DNA from: Pseudomonadota bacterium
GTDB lineage: Bacteria > Pseudomonadota > Gammaproteobacteria > Halothiobacillales > Halothiobacillaceae
Length of the DNA stretch: 32,000 nt
Direction of reading: 5' to 3'
Assembly (NCBI GenBank): GCA_040758395.1
Contig: JBFLVP010000022.1
Coordinates: 24,968 to 56,967, forward strand
Part shown: positions 9,270 through 14,367 of the stretch, piece by piece
Position numbering within the stretch: the stretch's first letter is position 1
Layout of the letters: each line of letters opens with the position of its first letter
Notes under the pieces: generated by a model
Seen by the model: only the letters and a program-made list of their open reading frames with translations
What the model was told of the DNA's origin: nothing
Databases searched by the model: none
Translations under genes and position numbers: made by a program

Positions 9270-9289
9270 GGCCGCCCCATGGGGCGGCC
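9270..9289. terminator. GC-rich hairpin after the cyclase gene, at the island's left junction
   Basis: GGCCGCCCC (9270-9278) pairs with GGGGCGGCC (9281-9289). It is preceded by AAAAA on the plus strand, which is TTTTT after the hairpin on the minus strand. It could therefore terminate both the cyclase gene and the island's minus-strand operon. Confidence 0.5.
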
Positions 9290-9370
9290 CCTGCAAGGTG
9301 GTGGGGGCAGCCACACTATCCGGCTCTAATGGCGCCACAGAAGCGTTCTTGCAGCGCGTGAATTTCGAGA

Positions 9371-9390
9371 TACCGTCAGAAATACCGTCA
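9371..9390 (+). promoter_or_regulatory. Left-end tandem TACCGTCA motifs (candidate integrase arm-type sites)
   Basis: TACCGTCA occurs at 9371-9378 and 9383-9390, with 12-bp periodicity. The 21-nt block matches the right-end block at 15633-15653 in 18/21 positions, in the same orientation. Confidence 0.5.
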
Positions 9391-9442
9391 CCGAGAAGGC
9401 GCTGCTGCCTTGTTATCCACTGTTACCAGCCTGTTCTCAGGG

Positions 9443-9607
9443 TCAGCGCTCGACAATCGGATCAGGCTTCGGGCCTTTCACGCGCTCAAGCCTGGGCTGC
9501 GGGTCGCCGGGTTTGGTGTCGTGATTCCTGGCCCGGTTGCGGGTTGCTGGGGTGCTGTCCGGCCTCATGGGGTTCTTCGGCTCGGTGGGGCCTTTGCGAT
9601 TGCTCAC
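9443..9607 (-). CDS. Hypothetical island protein (54 aa, basic, Pro-rich)
   Basis: The GTG start overlaps the upstream stop (GTGA) and is preceded by AGGAGA 5 nt upstream. Sequence: VSNRKGPTEPKNPMRPDSTPATRNRARNHDTKPGDPQPRLERVKGPKPDPIVER. No family recognised. Confidence 0.45.
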   Translation of the reverse strand: MSNRKGPTEPKNPMRPDSTPATRNRARNHDTKPGDPQPRLERVKGPKPDPIVER

Positions 9608-9816
9608 GGTCGTCTCCTGTGTTTGCGGGCTGCCTCGCGCTTCGCGTGCGCGGTGAGGATGTCCCAAAACTTGTCGAACTCGTTGTCGTCCATCATGTCC
9701 GGGTCCAAGCGCTCCAGCGGCGGCTCAGGGCCTGCGTTTGTCCCGGCGAGGGTCGATGATGCGGCCGCGCCCTTGCGAAGGCGCTCAATCTTGCGGCGAG
9801 GGTCGTCCATCGCCAT
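9604..9816 (-). CDS. Hypothetical island protein (70 aa)
   Basis: ATG start and high GC3. Sequence: MAMDDPRRKIERLRKG...DDNEFDKFWDILTAHAKREAARKHRRRP. It overlaps the upstream ORF by 32 nt. No family recognised. Confidence 0.5.
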   Translation of the reverse strand: MAMDDPRRKIERLRKGAAASSTLAGTNAGPEPPLERLDPDMMDDNEFDKFWDILTAHAKREAARKHRRRP

Positions 9817-9976
9817 GTTCCAGCTGTCGAAGCGCTTGGCGGACCTCGGCCAAGAGCAACAGCCCGACCTGGGCCTGAGAGTCGCCGAGGTCTGCTGATT
9901 GGCGAAGCCGCTTCAAGTAGCCCTCTCGCGTCGCCTTGTCGGGAATCAGGTTCGCACTGCCTGCGGGCCTAGCCAT
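9785..9976 (-). CDS. Hypothetical island protein (63 aa)
   Basis: ATG 9976 is preceded by GGAGG 7 nt upstream and overlaps the upstream stop (ATGGCTAG). Sequence: MARPAGSANLIPDKATREGYLKRLRQSADLGD.... The ORF-track version (start 10183) is an unlikely 5' extension. Confidence 0.45.
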   Translation of the reverse strand: MARPAGSANLIPDKATREGYLKRLRQSADLGDSQAQVGLLLLAEVRQALRQLEHGDGRPSPQD

Positions 9977-10283
9977 GTGAGCCCCTCCTGCGGCGCGATG
10001 CCTGCTCAGGTGCAGCCGGGGCCACATCCTCGGGCTCGGCCTTCTCAACGGGCGGAAGTTCGTCCGCAAGCTGCTGGATACCCGCTTGGGCGGCCTCAAG
10101 ATCATCGCCAAGGTGATGCCAGTTTCCCTCGGAAAGCAGCCAGAAACCCGGACGGTTGATCCCCTTCGGCGGACGGGAACCATTCTCGATGTCCCACAGC
10201 CAGAATCGGGTCACGCGCGTATATTTGACGCCACGGCTTTCGAGCATCGACTTGATTTCAGCAAGCCCGCGAGTGCTGGCCAT
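9969..10283 (-). CDS. Hypothetical island protein (104 aa), acidic/Pro-rich C-terminal half
   Basis: The ATG shares a base with the upstream TAA (TAATG), and GAGGAAGAG lies upstream as an SD. Codon bias is coding-like. No family recognised. Confidence 0.6.
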   Translation of the reverse strand: MASTRGLAEIKSMLESRGVKYTRVTRFWLWDIENGSRPPKGINRPGFWLLSEGNWHHLGDDLEAAQAGIQQLADELPPVEKAEPEDVAPAAPEQASRRRRGSHG

Positions 10284-10786
10284 TACTCTTCCTCAAAGAT
10301 GGGCTCGGAAAACGGGCCGTCTGCGATTCCGTCAGCTTTGCGCATATCGTCAAAGGCTTTATCCAGGTCCTCGTCAGAAATCTCACTCAGGATATTGCTC
10401 GGTGCCGATTCAAAACCACGCGACTTGGCGTAGGTATACATCGTCTCGGCGGGATTCCTTCCAGCCGCAACCTCGGCCCGAATCAGGCCGCCGACCTCGG
10501 ATTCCAGCGCGGCGTCCAGTTGCTCGTCGGTAAGCCCGAAAGCCTTGTATTCCTTCCGCCTGCCATCGACGACATGCTTGAGGGCGTCCGCGTAGTCCGG
10601 GCGCTGCGCCGCGAACTGTTTGGCCTGGCGGGCCACCTGGGCTTGAAGCTGCTGCATCTGCGCGGCCTGCGCCTGCTGCTGCGCGAAGGCATTCATCGCG
10701 TTGAGAATAGAATCCTGCTGGGCTTTCAGATAACCGACCGGATCATCTTCAAACCACTCTTGGTGACTCGTGTAATTGCGGGCCAT
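10283..10786 (-). CDS. Hypothetical island protein (167 aa): Gln/Ala-rich coiled coil plus a strongly acidic C-terminus
   Basis: Start set at ATG 10786 (MARNYTSHQEWF...), with GAGGT 7 nt upstream. The ORF-track start at 10837 would run through an upstream hairpin. It is the first gene of a five-gene coupled operon. Confidence 0.7.
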   Translation of the reverse strand: MARNYTSHQEWFEDDPVGYLKAQQDSILNAMNAFAQQQAQAAQMQQLQAQVARQAKQFAAQRPDYADALKHVVDGRRKEYKAFGLTDEQLDAALESEVGGLIRAEVAAGRNPAETMYTYAKSRGFESAPSNILSEISDEDLDKAFDDMRKADGIADGPFSEPIFEEE

Positions 10787-10810
10787 GGGAATACCTCGCT
10801 TTGAGAATAG

Positions 10811-10837
10811 GTGGGCGGAATTAACGTCGCCGCCCAC
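10811..10837 (-). promoter_or_regulatory. Leader hairpin immediately upstream of the small-ORF operon RBS
   Basis: GTGGGCGG (10811-10818) pairs with CCGCCCAC (10830-10837), an 8-bp stem with an 11-nt loop. It ends 24 nt upstream of ATG 10786. No U-tract follows it. Confidence 0.35.
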
Positions 10838-10845
10838 GACGGTTT

Positions 10846-10881
10846 GGCAATCGGCCTGGCAGGTAACTCAAGCCGATTGCC
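10846..10881. promoter_or_regulatory. 10-bp perfect inverted repeat (candidate operator) downstream of a TAATAT -10-like box
   Basis: GGCAATCGGC (10846-10855) pairs with GCCGATTGCC (10872-10881), with a 16-nt spacer. On the minus strand a TAATAT hexamer (10889-10894) lies just upstream. The corresponding -35 element (TTCGGT) is poor. Confidence 0.35.
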
Positions 10882-11046
10882 TGAATTCATATTACCGCAC
10901 TTTCACGATTTACCGAAGGTTAATGCCTGATTAACCCATACTGGTTTCTTGAGGCGCGAAAGAGGAATTAATGGGCGGACGAATCAGCATGTGCAGAGCG
11001 CTCAAAATGAGCACTTGAAAACCGCCGAAGCTCTCGCCGAGCAGTT

Positions 11047-11081
11047 CGGGCAAATGTTCGAAGCTTGCGGGCAAATGTTCG
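11047..11081. repeat. Two exact 14-bp direct repeats, CGGGCAAATGTTCG, 21 bp apart
   Basis: The copies are at 11047-11060 and 11068-11081, two helical turns apart. They lie in the 395-bp non-coding gap between the replication module and the small-ORF operon. Confidence 0.6.
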
Positions 11082-11234
11082 GACCCAGTTCTGGCAGCCT
11101 CGGGCGGTGAGTTTTGTGAGTTATTTCCGGCCCTGTTTATGTAAATGGCAGACTGGATGCTCCGCCAAGGGAAGGGACTTGTTCATGGTGGCCCCATAAG
11201 GGCTGGGCCTCGAAAAGTACCCGGATAAACTCCG

Positions 11235-11597
11235 TCAAGCCCCGCCTTTCAGGCTTACAGCCGCCCTGAAAGCGAAGGTTGCGGATTCGCCCGTCTGCAC
11301 TCTGCGCAGGAAGTCAGCGGCGGCGTCCGCGCTCTCGAAACAGGCGGAATCCATCAGGCGGCCACCGCGCACCAGCACGGCCCGGCTCGGCAAATCGGGG
11401 TCCGAGTTCCAGCCATCGGGATGGCCTGAATAGTCGTTGGAGCACAACCGCTTGAGCGCCGGGAGGTGGGCGCGGATCGCTGCCCGGTCGGCATCGGTCA
11501 AGCGTCTGGACGGATTCACCAAAAGCCGGTTTTTCGCATCAAGCCGAAAGTCGAAGCCGCGCTCGATCATGGCGAATAAAAATTCGGCGGCGGTCAC
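11235..11597 (-). CDS. Hypothetical island protein (120 aa); the N-terminus resembles a TubC_N-type docking motif
   Basis: The GTG start overlaps the helicase stop (GTGA), with GGAGGA 6 nt upstream. The N-terminus EFLFAMIERGFDFRLDAKNRLLVNPSRRLTDADRAAIRAHLPALKRL follows the G-hydrophobic-L...LT...R...I..H...L pattern of that small domain. This is recognition from memory only. Confidence 0.6.
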   Translation of the reverse strand: MTAAEFLFAMIERGFDFRLDAKNRLLVNPSRRLTDADRAAIRAHLPALKRLCSNDYSGHPDGWNSDPDLPSRAVLVRGGRLMDSACFESADAAADFLRRVQTGESATFAFRAAVSLKGGA

Positions 11598-13591
11598 CAG
11601 AATTCCTCCGGGTCATCCATATCTTCGCCAGTCCCGTTTTCTAGGTGGACATGGTGGACAGGTGGACAAGGCCAGTCAGAATGCGGGTTTGCGCCCGTCC
11701 ACCCGGTTTCATCAGTGGTGGACAGGTGGACAGCCTCGCCCCCCCTCGTGTCCACCTGTCCACCGTCCCCGTGGATATGGTGGACAGCCTCTAGCCCGCG
11801 TTGCGCCTGGGTTTGTCCACCCTGTCCACCTTGTCCACCCGATTTCGAGGGCTGCCCGGTTTCTTCATCGAACAAGATGGAATCCTTCACGGTGTACCAG
11901 CGGCCCCGGCCTAGCGGGGTGGATACTTGCGCCATCAGCTTTCGGTCATTGGTGAACAGGTGCCCAGCGCCCCGGATGGCCTGGGCAATGCTCTTCACGT
12001 CATGGCCCGGCGCGGCCTCAATCAAAGCCTCTTTGCTGAACATCCAGCGCCCCCCGGTCACGTCCCGGAATCCGGCGCGGTCGCGTACCTCGATCTCGCT
12101 CGCCGCGTCCTGAAAGCGTGCCCCATGTCGCAGGATGAAGGCGCGCACGGCCTCCAGGGTGCGTTCCCCGTCCGTGCCTGTAGCGTTGCTCCCCCATTGA
12201 GCGGCGACGGCTTGCACGGCCTGCCACACGCGGGCAGGGTTGACCGGGAGCACATCATGTCGGGCGGCGAACTCACCCGCCCATGCGATCAGGGCGAAGC
12301 GACGCAGGGCGCGGATTTGCTCGGGGGCGTGGTGCGGGCGTGTCATGTCCGCCGTGGCCTTGTCCAGGTGCTCCCGTACAGCGGCGCGGGCGGACTGGGC
12401 TGCGGGACAGGTGGCGATGATGGCGGACAGGACAGCAGGCCCCGCCGTGCCGTAGTTCACGGCGCAGGCCCGTTTCAGGTTTTGCACGAAGGCGGCGCGC
12501 TCATCCTCCGGCAGGTGGGCGGCGATGTCTTCCACCTCGATGTCCAGGGCGCGATGCAGCAGCCCGCCCTTGACCGGCCCGGTTTCGGACAGCTTGCCCT
12601 CGATGCTCATTTCCCCGGTGCTGATGGCGATGGTTCGCCATGCCCTGGGGGCCTTTAGCTGGCGGTCTGCCGACATGGCGGTTTTGCCCTGCCCTCCGGC
12701 TAGCTGATAGATCAGCGGGGCCATGTCCCGGTGTTGCCCGGCTCCAAGCTCATCCAAACACAGCGGAAGGTCGGCATGGGCTTCGGCCAAGCCCTCCAAG
12801 CCGTTGCCGGTAGTGTTCCAGCGGCGGACAAAGGACAAGGCCGGGGCCTCGGCAGGATCAACACCACAACCCCACACGGAAGCGGCAACCTGGGCAAGGG
12901 TGGTCTTCCCTCGGGACGTGGTGCCCCACAGGTGCACGATGAAGGAATCACCATCCCCCAGCAGCAGCCAAGGCGTGGCGAGCCCAGCGCAGACTGCGAA
13001 CAGGAGCGCGTCACTCCCGGCGATGCGTTCCCCTATCTCCCGTTGCCAGTCCTCCAGCGTGCCGGATGCGTGCACGGTCAAGGCGGTCGGGCTATACCGC
13101 TCCGGCTGGTAGACAACCTGGACGTTGCCTTCGGCAGTCAGCACGCGGTCGGGAAACACGAAGGCCATCCCCCCGTCCCGCCGATCCATCCAGCCAAGGC
13201 GCGGGGCGCTCGGGATGCGGTCCTCGGGCTTGAAGCTGGCGAGATAAGCCACCAGGCGGCGCTCTTTACCGGGGATGATGGCAAGGCCCATATTCGCCAG
13301 TTCGCGGGCAAGGATGGCGGGGTCCTCATGCAGGCGGGCGGCGGGGATGGCGAGCTGGCGGGCGTGCCCGTCATGATCCACGAAGGCCACCAGGCGGCCC
13401 CAATCTCCAGCGGTGCCGGTGGTCAGCCCGACAACCCACAGCGGGCCACACACAGCCTCCAGCTTGTGGCCTTCACCATCCTTGCCGGGCCTCACCTCGA
13501 ACACACCCGCGCCCCCTAGCTCCCAGCCATCCGGCGCGGCGATGCCATCCCACGGGCGCGGCGTAACTTCCACGTCTTCATCATGCAGCAT
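11594..13591 (-). CDS. DUF927-like P-loop replicative helicase / replication initiator
   Basis: Start set at ATG 13591 (MLHDEDVEV...), with AGGGGG upstream. Walker A is HLWGTTSRGKTTLAQVAASVWG and Walker B is LPLCLDELG. The overall layout resembles DUF927-family island and plasmid helicases. The low-complexity C-terminal tail is encoded by the octamer array. Confidence 0.85.
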   Translation of the reverse strand: MLHDEDVEVTPRPWDGIAAPDGWELGGAGVFEVRPGKDGEGHKLEAVCGPLWVVGLTTGTAGDWGRLVAFVDHDGHARQLAIPAARLHEDPAILARELANMGLAIIPGKERRLVAYLASFKPEDRIPSAPRLGWMDRRDGGMAFVFPDRVLTAEGNVQVVYQPERYSPTALTVHASGTLEDWQREIGERIAGSDALLFAVCAGLATPWLLLGDGDSFIVHLWGTTSRGKTTLAQVAASVWGCGVDPAEAPALSFVRRWNTTGNGLEGLAEAHADLPLCLDELGAGQHRDMAPLIYQLAGGQGKTAMSADRQLKAPRAWRTIAISTGEMSIEGKLSETGPVKGGLLHRALDIEVEDIAAHLPEDERAAFVQNLKRACAVNYGTAGPAVLSAIIATCPAAQSARAAVREHLDKATADMTRPHHAPEQIRALRRFALIAWAGEFAARHDVLPVNPARVWQAVQAVAAQWGSNATGTDGERTLEAVRAFILRHGARFQDAASEIEVRDRAGFRDVTGGRWMFSKEALIEAAPGHDVKSIAQAIRGAGHLFTNDRKLMAQVSTPLGRGRWYTVKDSILFDEETGQPSKSGGQGGQGGQTQAQRGLEAVHHIHGDGGQVDTRGGEAVHLSTTDETGWTGANPHSDWPCPPVHHVHLENGTGEDMDDPEEFW
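11644..11839. repeat. Dyad-symmetric array of TGTCCACC/GGTGGACA octamers (candidate origin iterons)
   Basis: GGTGGACA starts at 11644, 11653, 11661, 11717, 11725 and 11779. TGTCCACC starts at 11749, 11757, 11814, 11823 and 11832. A degenerate cGTCCACC starts at 11696. All six mirror pairs share one axis near 11741. Confidence 0.85.
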
Positions 13592-13925
13592 GGGCCACCC
13601 CCTTGGCTTTGAACGCGGCGAAGCCGTGCAAACGGCTGTTGATGGCGACGTGAACGGCCCCGGCATGGATCAAGCAACGGCCAAGACGTTGCAGCACCTC
13701 GGCGCGCTCGCCGGTGTCGATAACAAAGGCATGGCGGCTTTCGCGCACCACTCCCCAGTTGAAGCCCTCGGGCGCCTCGCCAGGGGGGAGGATCACCGCC
13801 TGGCCCCGCCAGTTGCGCGCCTCGCTCCAAGCCTGCGGCCCTGAAATGACGATGAGGCTCGCAAAGGGGGCGGATTGGTGCAGTGCCGCAATGGCGGCGA
13901 ATGGGGGGCGGCGTTGCCGCGTCAT
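13581..13925 (-). CDS. Hypothetical island protein (114 aa) between alpA and the helicase
   Basis: ATG 13925 lies 4 nt after the alpA stop, and the 3' end overlaps the helicase start by 11 nt, giving operon-style coupling. No family recognised. Confidence 0.6.
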   Translation of the reverse strand: MTRQRRPPFAAIAALHQSAPFASLIVISGPQAWSEARNWRGQAVILPPGEAPEGFNWGVVRESRHAFVIDTGERAEVLQRLGRCLIHAGAVHVAINSRLHGFAAFKAKGVAHAA

Positions 13926-13928
13926 GGC

Positions 13929-14183
13929 TTAACCCACCCCAGTTTTGAGGGGCTTGCCGCCCTGGGCGGCAGTGAACGAGCAGGACGCGCTGCCGCCACG
14001 CTGCTGGCAACGGGCTTCGATCCAGGCGTTAATTTCGTCGTCGCGCCAGGCGGCCACTCGTGGGCTGATTTTTACAGGCTTTGGTGCTGTTCCGAGACTG
14101 ACCCAGTGGTACCAGGTCGAGCGCGATACTCGCACTCGCGCCTGGACGTCGGGCCAGCGGAGGAATTGAACGGGTTGTTTCAT
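13929..14183 (-). CDS. alpA: AlpA family transcriptional regulator / excisionase-like DNA-binding protein
   Basis: Start set at ATG 14183, with GGAGA 7 nt upstream. FLRWPDVQARVRVSRSTWYHWVSLGTAPKPVKISPRVAAWRDDEINAWIEAR matches the Phage_AlpA helix-turn-helix pattern (SRST.Y......G.FP.P.K...R...W...E...W). Confidence 0.85.
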   Translation of the reverse strand: MKQPVQFLRWPDVQARVRVSRSTWYHWVSLGTAPKPVKISPRVAAWRDDEINAWIEARCQQRGGSASCSFTAAQGGKPLKTGVG

Positions 14184-14327
14184 GGGGCGTCTCCACACGG
14201 TTCCGGAGAGAACCGACTGGAATCCATGATGCCCGGCAGCGCTTGGCTAAAGCAAATCCTGAAAGGTGTTCAAAAACAAGGGCATACAGCGCTTAATACA
14301 CGTATCTACGCAAGGATACTATGGCAA

Positions 14328-14359
14328 TTGCTTATAGTTTGCTGCTGATCCATAAGCAA
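14328..14359 (-). promoter_or_regulatory. Candidate alpA-operon promoter built into an 8-bp inverted repeat
   Basis: TTGCTTAT (14328-14335) pairs with ATAAGCAA (14352-14359). Read on the minus strand this gives TTGCTT, a 17-nt spacer, then TATAAG (3/6 and 5/6 matches to the sigma70 consensus). It lies about 140 nt upstream of the alpA ATG and directly downstream of the int stop. Confidence 0.35.
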
Positions 14360-14367
14360 AACAGGTG

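Noticed and set aside
9297-9310. Calling GGTGGTGGGGGCAG (reverse complement CTGCCCCCACCACC) a confirmed attL remnant of the tmRNA 3' end.
   Set aside because: The match is only about 11-14 nt with a mismatch and a 3-nt gap, in GC-rich sequence. It would not form a valid acceptor stem. I kept it only as one of two hypotheses in the findings.
9151-9898. Plus-strand ORFs 9151-9759 and 9410-9898 at the island's left end.
   Set aside because: Their composition is Arg/Ser/Gly-rich and they have no SD sequences. They are antisense to a chain of SD-preceded, overlap-coupled minus-strand ORFs, which better explains the region.
11644-11839. The octamer array could be a CRISPR array or a coding tandem repeat.
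   Set aside because: The units are only 8 bp and occur in both orientations. Spacings are irregular (0-45 bp) and there are no uniform spacers or leader. Peptide-repeat selection cannot explain copies on both strands.
13875-14348. The plus-strand ORF 13875-14348 could be a divergently transcribed island repressor (cI/Stl-like).
   Set aside because: It is fully antisense to the alpA gene, which has a clear AlpA HTH signature. Its sequence shows no HTH and is of poor quality. The island therefore appears to lack an obvious repressor.
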